From the NCBI GenBank assembly GCA_013115145.1, contig JAAPAO010000390.1, forward strand, positions 1 through 33,643: a DNA stretch of 33,643 bases, written 5' to 3'. The stretch's first letter is position 1. Every line of letters starts with the position of its first letter. Made by a program: the position numbers and the translations under genes. Source of the DNA: Perkinsus chesapeaki ATCC PRA-425 (taxonomy: Eukaryota; Protista; Perkinsozoa). The notes under the pieces were generated by a model. It saw nothing but the letters and a program-made list of their open reading frames with translations, made no database searches and was not told the DNA's origin. This document shows, piece by piece, positions 24,601 through 33,643 of the stretch.

Positions 24601-25547
24601 ATAATAGCCTGAGACTCCACCGGTATATCAGTCCAATCCCATTCGATATCTTGCCCACCGCGCAATACACACCCTTCATGGCACGTATCGGCATTCCTGA
24701 ACACCAACAGGTGCTCCCGAACCCTCCCTCTATGCAGTCGAGGCGCCGCCGCCGTTATCTCAACCCCCTTCCCCAACAAAGCACTTGCCCATACCACCAC
24801 ACCTGGCTCTATCTCAATCACACAGGCAAAGCGGTCAGTAGCCCTCTTAACCTCTGCCTTAGCCATATGATGCTGCTCGCTATCAGCTCGCAATGCCCTA
24901 CAGTAGACCCCAGCGCCTACTGCAGCACCGTCGTCCTTGAACCCAGGAGTGGCTACTATCGAGGCTACTGTATTCAAAAATGCCTCGTTAAGATAGGATA
25001 ACTTCCTCATAAGCCTCACAGCATCATCCACCTTATTGGAGTCCCTAAATATGAGCTCCAAGGGAAAGTAATGAGTATCATTGGCGAGCTCAGTAACAAA
25101 CAGCCCACCAGCTGCAGCCTCTACATCTTCCCCCTCGAGCAGCTCAGCTTGCTCCATCAACTTTAGTACCCTCGACGCCACACTGGACCACATACCATTC
25201 CAATCTATTGGCTCCAAATCATCCACCATTTCCTCAGTTCCGCGCGCCAAGGCCTCCACGGTCTTCCAAGCCTTCCTATCAGCTTCACCAGTCCGCCTTT
25301 GATAATAAGTCCCAACCATATTCACCTCATCACAGCAGGACTCGCTATCATCAGAGCTCATCGGCGTACTGCCCTCTTGGTTGCTATCCGACGGTGGGAG
25401 GCAAGCACAGCCGCTGCTGATGCTGCCTCGGCCGGCTTGGGCTGAATTAACATTGGTGTCACCACCATTAGGAAGCGTGTCACCACTGAGATGGTGAGGT
25501 GCCTCAGGAGGTAACGTACTCTTACAAAAGGAGGCACCGCAACCCAT
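21669..25547 (-). CDS. 1292-aa protein with N-terminal acylation motif and C-terminal RCC1 beta-propeller
   Basis: Stop-free 3.9-kb ORF beginning MGCGASFC. RCC1 repeats include FGFGSNDREQLG, WAWGRGEGGQLG, YSWGWGEFGQLG, WVWGSNESGQLA and YSWGSDCYGQLG. The central ~800 aa are unrecognised. Confidence 0.85.
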   Translation of the reverse strand: MGCGASFCKSTLPPEAPHHLSGDTLPNGGDTNVNSAQAGRGSISSGCACLPPSDSNQEGSTPMSSDDSESCCDEVNMVGTYYQRRTGEADRKAWKTVEALARGTEEMVDDLEPIDWNGMWSSVASRVLKLMEQAELLEGEDVEAAAGGLFVTELANDTHYFPLELIFRDSNKVDDAVRLMRKLSYLNEAFLNTVASIVATPGFKDDGAAVGAGVYCRALRADSEQHHMAKAEVKRATDRFACVIEIEPGVVVWASALLGKGVEITAAAPRLHRGRVREHLLVFRNADTCHEGCVLRGGQDIEWDWTDIPVESQAIIGPARVEAVARPDSNTDFTMSTFPYALRVSIPEKSCPSPDICRRCGEALSSELAQGGSYMQVCGAALKDLGLGPSAVPFLVALELLEFREGCRSVEVRFLYNKLVPWCVYMVARACKYTARRYMNKLPSVNGSRRRLTYSEALFCVLFNTAWDGRFSATTDDTAAIASSLYVSLAVMLSVAGDEAPPAALVLGLALLDPPELLRAMSWELRMVLPEATVEKTLFRRRGRRPALYQTVEGAVLEPDSKYMIELQAMLRPSRIYTVRPRTCKGVGESSRLSVKVHESLGIGWINERFSGMPLEPLLVACCLPSPFTLPSSRMAYCRMRLLLQGAWYIARKAGTPGMIACFTNLSRSVSAIHPSDPEMLAGLWCTKGSLACGSNSPELSSMQFLQALAMLVSRAGYGDPRARLGQGERIAAWLAWRLGQYAYAKGSVLKVEKYGDIFRACGEAARDGINFDPPRVDTGPILDRAETARGLPSAPLTEEEVDELLVSTISKGDVERLPWALDLSRPYTVLSFQKTARRKPVLTVSSNHTGAPVLSDAQEVTRGTCFGFGSNDREQLGVRSTKEAASTVTWTPRPSRLMCMKERRLVDISAGDGVSAAVCDEGRLYVWGSLSQEVSIPRLPRGVVVESVSCAAAAVVALSEDGRLWQIGDLTSSPTSSRVGGGGAGNGVVELSLGDGPAAAAVSCGSYHAIAIDGYGHLWAWGRGEGGQLGIDNVEGYYDVKNECIVSRPMKVGGAIISSTCFTSVSCGEAHSAAVTAGGQLYSWGWGEFGQLGLGFSADTFPPGEGGNGCRSPTPLLVAIGTDRDGFVSTVSCGGAFTACLTTLGDVWVWGSNESGQLALPPGDPMELTRPRKVTNIPPGKRFKSISCGFAHVLAIDSQGQVYSWGSDCYGQLGLLNTSSQQRGAWVAKAPPRRSRQTCEYVPSVVSAISAVRMGACAAGYGHSLLLSDPNLGDGSSSRRRSEASSISRFG

Positions 25548-25732
25548 AACTAAACTGACACGGACTCATATTACGGACAACAACAAACCAAACACATGGC
25601 CGCCACATAGAAGAAACAGCATCACTAAGTAAGTCAATTAATGGTATTACTACGTTAAGACAGTCGTCTATCGACAGATCCTACATGAACCCAGCAGCTG
25701 GCAAACCCATCCCTGCTAGTTGCCCTCGACCA

Positions 25733-28700
25733 TCACCTGCCGCCGCACTCATCACATAACATCACTATCCACCCACTACTACCATTGCCGCTCCCCATAG
25801 AGCGTATATCCCCAGAAGGAGGAGCCACCAATGCCTCTGTCACCAATACCGACTCTGCTGTAGCCGATGCCACTCGAATCACCGATTCCACCACAGGTGC
25901 TACAACACACACATCACTCCAACCACTTCCCCCACCCCCACTGCCTTCACCACCTGCATCAACAATACCTGCTGATGGCAGGTCCTCCACCCTCCCTCTT
26001 ATAGCGTTGAACCCCATACCAATATTACCGCTGACCACTTGCACCTAACATAACACCATACCTAGCACCCATGGGGAGGGGAGCCCGCCCTCACCTCCCT
26101 ACACCGCTCCACCACAGCGTCACCATCAGCTCCGCTGTTCTCTGCTATTTGCCACATTAGTCTCGGTAGGGCATCAATCAGTAAGTGATATCCAGCTTCG
26201 TAAGATGCCGATCCCTCAGGTCGAGCCTTGGCGTCCAATCCTTGAGCCAGAGCCAACAACGCCGCCCCTCCCCCAGGCAGTATCCCCCCGTTGACAGCTG
26301 CCCTCAACGCCCCTATGCCATCTGCATACCGAAGAGCTTTGTCCTTAACCGCCAACTAACATCACCACTACAACCCACAGCCATCAACACCAACAAGAGG
26401 AGCTACCTCAGAGTCTCCACTGATCCTTATGGAAGCAACACCACCCTTAAGTGCTGCCAAACGCTTCTGCAACTTAGACTTCTCATACCTACACGCCATG
26501 CGGTAGAAGTAGTAGTACGATAGAACCCCCCATAGAGCCCTCCGTCACTAAAACCGCCGTTCCGACCAGTTGAGCACCAGGCAGTTTTCACTACAGTTTC
26601 ATTGTCATTCTGGTTCTTCTCTTACTCTGCACTATATTACGATCTATCTAAAGTGGCGCCGGCCCAGGTAGGTACCTTGACGTAGACTGCTTTATCTCAG
26701 CTTTCAGGTCTGCCACTCTACGATTAACTCTTCCTTCACTATCTGCTCCCGTGAACTTTATAACTGTACGAGTCTTCCCTACTACCACGGACGAGGCAGT
26801 GCCTGACAGCCAACAGCTAACACTCATCTTGCACTTCCTATTCCAACACTGCCCTTATATTTAATATACATCCACCCCCAACCTTGGGCGTTCATAATGA
26901 TGATCTAGGATGGCTCCAAGTGGTAATATAATCGACACAGCCAATAAGACGGCAGCTTTCCCGTATTACCAAAGTCCCTCTCATCCACTTCACTTAGCGT
27001 CTTCAGTCTTTTATCCCCCACTATAGATGCTCCAGTAGCCTCGGCCAAGTCCTCCTAACAGCAGCAGCCACAGTCACCACCAACCCCTTACCCCTCCTCA
27101 CCTACCAATCGCCTTATCCGCTCCACACCATATCCTGGTGACTTCACACACACCATCTTTGGCACTTCACCAGACATCACTGTCAACAGCACTGTTCGCA
27201 GCGCTGCTGGTGAGAACTCGTCTGCTAGTATTAACAGCGGCGTCTACACAGCAGCACCAGTCCGCCCCTCAGGGTCACCATCCCCACATTACCTTTGCCT
27301 CAGCAGCCGCCTTCAATGCAGGCACGAGCTGCTGTGGATCCTCGATTCTGCCCTCAACCAACAACATAGATACCCTTCCTTCGAGCACACACTGACCAGG
27401 CTGCCAGCCACTACGGTCTTTGCTCTCCCTATCCGAGGTAGCCATCACAAACTGTGATGACTCATACCCTCTATCGAAAGAGTATCCATCAGTGAATCTG
27501 ATACCATCCACTTATACACACCTCCCCCATTGAACGTGCTACTCCACAATGTCCCTATCCATGCCTTCCCTTGCCTCATCCAGCGTAACCTCTCCCTCAC
27601 CACCAACATACTCAAATGCAGTGGCGAGCATCTACCAACATCACCCCACCCATCACAGACAGCCATCACCACCATTGCAGTTACCTTAGCCATATCAACA
27701 TCACCAGTGCTCACCGCCGCCACCTGAGCTAGGGCGTCCCTTCCTCTCTTCAGCGGTCGAGACATATCTTTCAACATCGCCACACAGTCTTCCGTAGCAT
27801 CCTCCAAGCCTGCATACCGTACTCCGTACTCATTCTCCCTAAAGATACTACTACCTTTCCTCATCTCTACAGCATTAGCTGTAGTGGTGTTGTCCAAAGC
27901 CTTCAACGCTCTATTAAGGATCTCTTGCGTCAACAAAGCCGTTGATGAAGTCCCATCTACCATATAGTACCGAACACGCTCCTGTGAAAAGTGTGTCTAC
28001 CTCCGGTGGACAGCTCGCTCTTAGAAGCAGCCGCGGCCAGTATCTCAGCTCCGATAGCATCTGATGAATAACCAGACAGCGACACTAACCAATGACCACT
28101 GCGACATTGCCCTGAATAAGCTCCTATATAATATCAGGTAGTTCCCAAGATTATATCAACTAGGTCTTCGTGACGAAGTGGCGGAGCTCGCTCAGCTGTT
28201 AGTTTGCTTATTGTTAGTTCGTTATCGCTCCCCTAGCGCTTTGGAGATGCGAGCGAATGATCAAATCGCGCGGAAACGATTTAGAGAAGAAGTCGTGGGT
28301 CCGAATCCCACAGGCTACATTTTTCTGTCAAAAAAAATGTTTTTGCGCTTTTACTCGACACACGGGGTAGCTTTCAAAAAATTACAAATTTTCTAGGCAT
28401 CCCCAGAGGAAGGGGAGTCTTTTGGTCTATAGACTATCAGCTAGTTTGCTCTGGTTAACGAAAAATAATTCGTACGCACGCACGGCGAAATGATCCATTT
28501 CCAGATAATAAGCCCCGCTCGCTCCGCAATAACAGTCTCGATACTTCTTCACGAGACCTTTACCCTCTATAAACCTTTTTACCGTTATATGAGTCCTTCA
28601 GTTTGCCACACAGAAGTGGCTGCCAACGCATAGCTAGTATAGGAATCATTCACTATATGACCACGGTATATCCCCAGTACTACCTTTGGACCCCACCTCC

Positions 28701-29190
28701 ATTTTAAGTCTATTAGCCAAATCCTTAGCTATAGTAGCACCATCATTAACTATTCTAACCTGGCTCATCCCTCCCTCCCCGTGTCCGGTCAACACCACAT
28801 TACGTCCCAAAGGCCCCAATGTCACCTACCAATAACTAACATTAAACCTACCAGCCAACCCATCAATCTCCAAACTACCTTAACCGTGTCAGCAACCAAA
28901 TTGAGCCCCCTCAATAAAGCGTCGCGCGCATCCGAGCCGAATTCGACAACAGCGTCAGACGCTCCTCTCAGTGATGAAGCGCTCTACGAAAAACACTCCG
29001 GCACGCTATAGAAGTCTGTTACTACGACTGTGACGCCGCCAGGTGCTGGTGGCATGGCAAACAGGGGCGGGAACGCCGAGGTCAAGATATCATAACCGGC
29101 CAGACAAACGGCGACGACCAGCACCAGAGAGATATACGCCGGCAGCCTCCCTCGCCGTTTATGCTGGCGATTGCAGCTCTTAGAAGGCAT
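25733..29190 (-). CDS. cpn60: Divergent group I chaperonin (Cpn60/GroEL) with bipartite-like N-terminal leader; 3' end approximate
   Basis: Spliced translation gives VEFGSDARDALLRGLNLVADTVK|VTLGPLGRNVV...NDGATIAKD...GSK|DAIGAEILAAAASKSELSTG|DGTSSTALL, then FDRGYESSQF, YADGIGALRAAVNGGILPGGGAALL and GFNAIRGRVEDLPSAGIVD. Confidence 0.9.
28172..28324 (+). ncRNA. Candidate Pol III-type tRNA-like element (A box, T-arm plus 3' acceptor strand, T5 terminator) inside a Cpn60 intron; not a foldable tRNA
   Basis: TGGCGGAGCTCG (28179-28190) fits the A-box pattern TRGCNNARYNNG. T-arm GTGGG-TCCGAAT-CCCAC (28295-28311) is followed by AGGCTAC-A and TTTTT (28320-28324). No matching 5' acceptor strand or anticodon arm was found. 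Confidence 0.4.
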
Positions 29191-29359
29191 TAAAAAGGCT
29201 GATGATAGTAGTGGTAAGGTGTGATGAGAGAACTCGGGACGAGGGGTTGAAGAGAAATGTATAATACAGCTAACTCGAGAAACTGAATAGTTAAATAAAA
29301 TATCATCTAGGAAGAAGATATCAAACAATAGTTACAGTAGATCATCCAATCAGCACACG

Positions 29360-30705
29360 CTATCGACTGCTGCTGCTGCTGTCCACCCCACCTCCGAAGA
29401 GGCTCCACATGTCCTTCTCACATCGTCGTATTGTAGTCTCCTTAAACCTTCTAAGTGCCTTAACACATCTCCGCATAGTCAATCGATGCTCTGGATTATA
29501 GACCCAACATCGCTCCGTCATCCTCTTCAATAAAGGGCTCATCTTAGCATTTACACATCCATTACCAATGTACCTTCCTGGATGGAGGCCACACATGCCC
29601 ACCGCAGCCACCATTTCACTATGGGAACACATTCTCCACGGTATCTGATTACCGCAGCTACTGCTGCTGCTGCTGCCCACCACCGTGGCCGCCTCTCTAC
29701 AGTAGCATTATAACCTACCTCTCTATTTGTCATCTCCCACACTATACATGCCCATGACCAGACGTCACTCGGTGTACTGATGTCATCATCCCTCAGACTC
29801 TCCGGGCTAGCCCATCCAAATGTACACATCCTTCGTTGATACCTAACAATGAGGGAATGCTTCAAAGGCCAGCACGAATGGTACCTGGGGACAACTCTGC
29901 TGGCTGAGTGACCAAAGTCGCATAACTTAGCCGTTGGAGGCTTGCTCCTCAGGTCAACAAGGACATTAGGGCTCTTAACATCCCCATGCACCAGCGAATG
30001 GTGATGCATATAAGCCAGCCCACACGCCATATCCAATGCAAATCCATGGATGGCCTTCGAATTCAAATCAATACTATCCGGTCCGGAGCTCCCAGGGGCA
30101 TAGATGATAGCCGGCAGGGAGCTCTCTAGCAACTGAGTGGCCAAGAACCTCCTTGAGTAGGTCTCTGTGTTTGGATCGGCAGCGATACCCGCCAATGATA
30201 CAACATTCTTATGACCACATACAGCATGCAAGACGTATGTCTCCCTCAGTAGCTCCGTAGCGTTCTCCAGAGTAGTCTCAGAGCCCACCTGCTCCTTCAA
30301 AGCCAAATACTCCACGCTAGACGTATTAAACGTTGTATTCATATTGCTAGTGGCAAGCATTGCCGCCGAGCTCATACCACTCCTTGGGCTCTGTAACTCC
30401 GACATCGACAACGGAATGGCCATCGCTGCCGATCTGATCATCGGTGGACTGCTCGGACACACTGACGGCAGGCGAGCCCTCGTAAGCTCATCCTCAGACA
30501 TGAGCCTATGCCGATTGCTACCAAGATGCCTACTACTGCTACTTCTTGAACGATGGCGGTGCTTTATGGTGTACTGGGCATACTGTACCCTACCATACGC
30601 CCCTTCCCCTATAGTATCGATTATATTAATCTGCTGCATTGGTAAATGTCTATCAGCTAGCACTGGATTGCTAAGAGCATCGGTTACAGCTACCGGGGAT
30701 CTCAT
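29360..30705 (-). CDS. Tyrosine-kinase-like (TKL) Ser/Thr protein kinase domain; may be the 3' part of the upstream MORN-SAM gene
   Basis: IGEGAYGRV, YLALKE, HKNVVSLAG, LVHGDVKSPNVLVD, KLCDFGHSA, CTFGWASPE, DVWSWACIVWEM. The last exon reads IPWRMCS...RCWVYNPEHRLTM. All catalytic residues are present. Confidence 0.9.
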
Positions 30706-31049
30706 ATGTCGATCGATACTACATGCCTGAACATGAAAGGAGTGTCCAACCCGACGGAGGAGGAGGAGGCGGCCCTCCGACTTCCAATTTTATATAGATA
30801 ATACAGCGCAATCTACTAATCCCATTCGACTATACCATAATACCTATACCGAATCTAAGCTGTCCGCCGCTATCGATGACTGCTGCCGAGGAGCATCCAA
30901 ATGATGTAAGGAGTTCAGCGCCCTTCACAAGGCTAGTAGCACACCCAGTAGCACTATCAATCCCTTTCTTCCCTTAGTCACTTCGATTAACAGTTACCTA
31001 TATTTTATCATGTATTCATTATGAATATGGATGGATAGTCATATTAGAT

Positions 31050-33138
31050 TTATGACCAATAATGCCTCCCTATTAATATCACCTTTAACAACACTTGTTG
31101 CATTCTTTCCAACGCATTAACCTGCGATAACGTCATATCCAGCTCCTTCGCTGCCGTTCCATTATGCAACATTCGCTCCAAGTCCTCACCATCATAAGAC
31201 TTAGCTGACATCAGCAGCGATGCCCTCCTCAATCCCATCAACTCCAACCATGCTGCAATCTCAAACCTGTCCATACAGTGCAGTGGCAGTATAGCGGAGT
31301 CATATAGTTCAGGCAGGTCCGGTCCGGTCTGTAATGGTACCCTCCCAACTGGTGACATATTCATCATATGATATCGCCATTCCTCCGCCCTCCTAACATG
31401 TACTTTATACACACATTCCTTGCGTTCAACACCGTCCTTGTCTCTAGCAACCCATACAGAGTTGATCGGCTGCGTGAACGGTGATATCGATATACCCGAC
31501 ACAAGTTTGCCTTTATCAAACTGTCCCATTTGCCATACCGCATCTTCCGTAACTTTAAAGCCGTATCCAGTGAACTCGTCCTGAACCCATTCCCCCTCAT
31601 ATGATTCAGCACTGAGCTCCCCCACATGCGCGCCTTCTGCTTGTATCCAAAAGCGTCCAAAGCCTTCTCTTTTACTATCGACCAGTTCCCCTGTATAAGC
31701 GCCCCTCCTAGGGTCATTCTCATACCACACAGATCCATACCCGTTTATCTGGTCCTGTTGTGGATCGAAGTTCTCTCTGAGCCAGTGTGGAAACTTCCCA
31801 ACTGGATGCATCGGCCCCTCAGCTGGCAACAACGTCGAGAACCGTGCCCGAAACACCGCTGCTGCCCTCGGTGCGTATGTAGATATTATATACCGATTAT
31901 TAACAAATTTTCCATCAGAAGTGACAAGCTCAGCTTGGCGCACTTTAAAGCCAGCAGTCATTATCAATAGATGGAGGAAGGCGGCCAGTCCCGCTTGGTT
32001 CACACTCGTCACCTCAGCTCCAAAAATATATCCCCATGTACCTGGGCGACGGGGCCGATATCCACGATGTCGGGGCAAAGCCACTGGCCTATCGCATCTG
32101 GTACGAGGCCACTCTAATGGTAGATTCCGAATAGAATGATAACTTTCGACCAATTTAAACTTCTTTAGCGATATCAAATCTTCTATACCTGACAAGGTAG
32201 CTGATGTCCAGTAACTGGTATCGTACTACATAGGAGCCCGTTCTCCGGTGCATCATCGGTCGGTGCTCCAATAAGGTTAGGGTTATCGCAGGTATCATAT
32301 AAATGGGCTCGCTGCATCACAGACCTATTCAGAAAGACACACTACCATATCATTATAACTATGAAGAACAACTTACTCGAGGCTCTCTCGAATGGTAGCA
32401 AACGTGGCCGATTGATGATCGAATGCACTGGTGGATGGTGCTAGGCCAAAGTACCCAACGAACCCGATGCCTCCACGTCCACCAGAGTAATCATAAAAAC
32501 TCTAACATGAATTATTTAATAGGTCGAATCACCACCCTGTCTCCTCCTCCTTCTTACCTTGCTGGCCACAGGATTGCCCAAGAGGTCGCCATCGCCCATC
32601 ATATATATCCGCCCTCTTAACATATCCATCCCCCTCCAAGCCAACCATGTAAGCATTCTTTGCAGCACTCTATCAGTTAGATCAGCAGCGTGTAGCTGGA
32701 CAACTTGATCATCTTTTGATATGTGTTTGCAGTCCACTGTAGCACGTACCACGGGATTGGTACGGTCAACAGTAGTAAGACTAACAAGCCTTGGCGGAGG
32801 GTTTTTGAACGATGTCGGTGGCTGTGGTATAGCAGCCAACGCCGATCCTGATGTGACATAAAGGCAACAACACATTGTCATTATAATTTACTTCTCCGTG
32901 CTGCCGACCAACCTTCACTATTCTTTCGTTTAGTATGCATGGTGGAAGTCTCACTATGGATGGTACCGTTAGTCGGTGGCTCTTCTCCATCATCAAAGCC
33001 CTTCATTTCAAATGACATATGCCCACCGCCGTCCCGCTCTTTACGGTATTTCTCTTCAGCATAAGATATGGATTCAGCGGATGATGTTAGGCTTTGTACA
33101 GAGCCTTCATCATGACCTCTATGATTGGCAACTATCAT
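31050..33138 (-). CDS. MORN-repeat and SAM-domain protein, multi-exon; 3' end or link to the kinase unresolved
   Basis: MORN-like AYTGELVDSKREGFGRFW and SYEGEWVQDEFTGYGFKV. SAM-like MDRFEIAAWLELMGLRRASLLMSAKSYDGEDLERM. Upstream exons lie in ORFs 32516-32881 and 32881-33159 (ATG 33138). A GT donor follows VLLK before the 31050 stop. Confidence 0.7.
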
Positions 33139-33403
33139 CGTACTACTACCCAACAACAATACCTTAACTGTTATAGCTCACTCGGCGCAACGCAAAACGT
33201 TCGAGTGTCGAAACATGTAGTGCTGCTGGACCTTGAGAGTACTGCAGACGTTCGGAGCAGTGGGGGGATGGGCTGTGAAGTAGCGAGATGTACAAATCTT
33301 GAATTCTTGCTTCATCTTGGAGACTCTCAAAGCCAACACTCGTGAACACATCCACAGTTCGTGTTATTGGTTAAAGCGTCTATCGCCTCCGATCGCTTAT
33401 AAT

Positions 33404-33643
33404 ATGCCCACTACTACTGCCAATTCAGCTCAGATTGGCACCTCTACCAAACCCTTAGTCCAGAAGGAACAAGCCAGTCCCGATGATAACGCCACTACGG
33501 GCGTCACGGAGGCTACCAAAGAGTTGCTTACTTCTGATGACTGGAAGACTAAGATTAACCGCCCTACCGTTGATACTCGTGTGAAGACTACCGATGTTAC
33601 TGCTACTAAGGGTAACGATTTTGAGGACTACTTTTTGAAGCGC
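33404..33643 (+). CDS. DDX6: DEAD-box RNA helicase DDX6/Dhh1/DOZI, N-terminal 80 codons (runs off the window)
   Basis: ATG at 33404 gives [10 protein letters not shown]...[36 protein letters not shown], matching the family's N-terminal DWK...P..D.R.KT.DVT.TKG..FEDY.LKR segment. Confidence 0.93.
   Translation, partial: MPTTTANSAQIGTSTKPLVQKEQASPDDNATTGVTEATKELLTSDDWKTKINRPTVDTRVKTTDVTATKGNDFEDYFLKR

Noticed and set aside
28335-28360. U5 snRNA loop I-like GCGCTTTTACT
   Set aside because: It differs from the invariant GCCTTTTAC, and I found no supporting stem or suitably placed Sm site.
28295-28400. Permuted tRNA (3' half followed by GTAGCTT at ~28377, which could pair with AGGCTAC)
   Set aside because: No D arm or anticodon arm follows GTAGCTT, and a T5 terminator lies between the two halves.
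511-33345. The many plus-strand ORFs of 60-190 aa in the track
   Set aside because: Almost all lie antisense to well-supported minus-strand exons and show no recognisable motifs.
15316-33643. Functional mRNA-control cluster (PAM2 proteins plus DDX6)
   Set aside because: They are 16 kb apart, on opposite strands and separated by unrelated genes, so there is no evidence of linkage.

Overview
Intron-dense eukaryotic DNA, most likely from an alveolate of the Perkinsus type. That assignment is an inference from 40-60 nt GT-AG introns, an apicomplexan-style mS29 and MORN-SAM/TKL parts, and a Cpn60 with a bipartite-looking leader. The left end has a palindromic repeat and an internally deleted Tc1/mariner (maT-like) transposon. 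From 1859 to 33138 about 15 protein-coding genes all lie on the minus strand: GH18 chitinase-like, pseudokinase+LRR, three hypothetical/secreted proteins, UDP-glucuronate decarboxylase, a membrane/coiled-coil protein, two PAM2-repeat proteins, mS29/DAP3, a SAM carrier, an acylated RCC1 protein, Cpn60, a TKL kinase and a MORN-SAM protein. A strand switch then leads to the start of DDX6 on the plus strand. Among the best leads are two long introns that host antisense Pol III-type sequences. One is a complete tRNA-Glu(CTC). The other, in a 623-nt Cpn60 intron, is a non-canonical tRNA-like element bracketed by inverted repeats. Exon structures were assembled by eye, so gene ends are approximate where stated.
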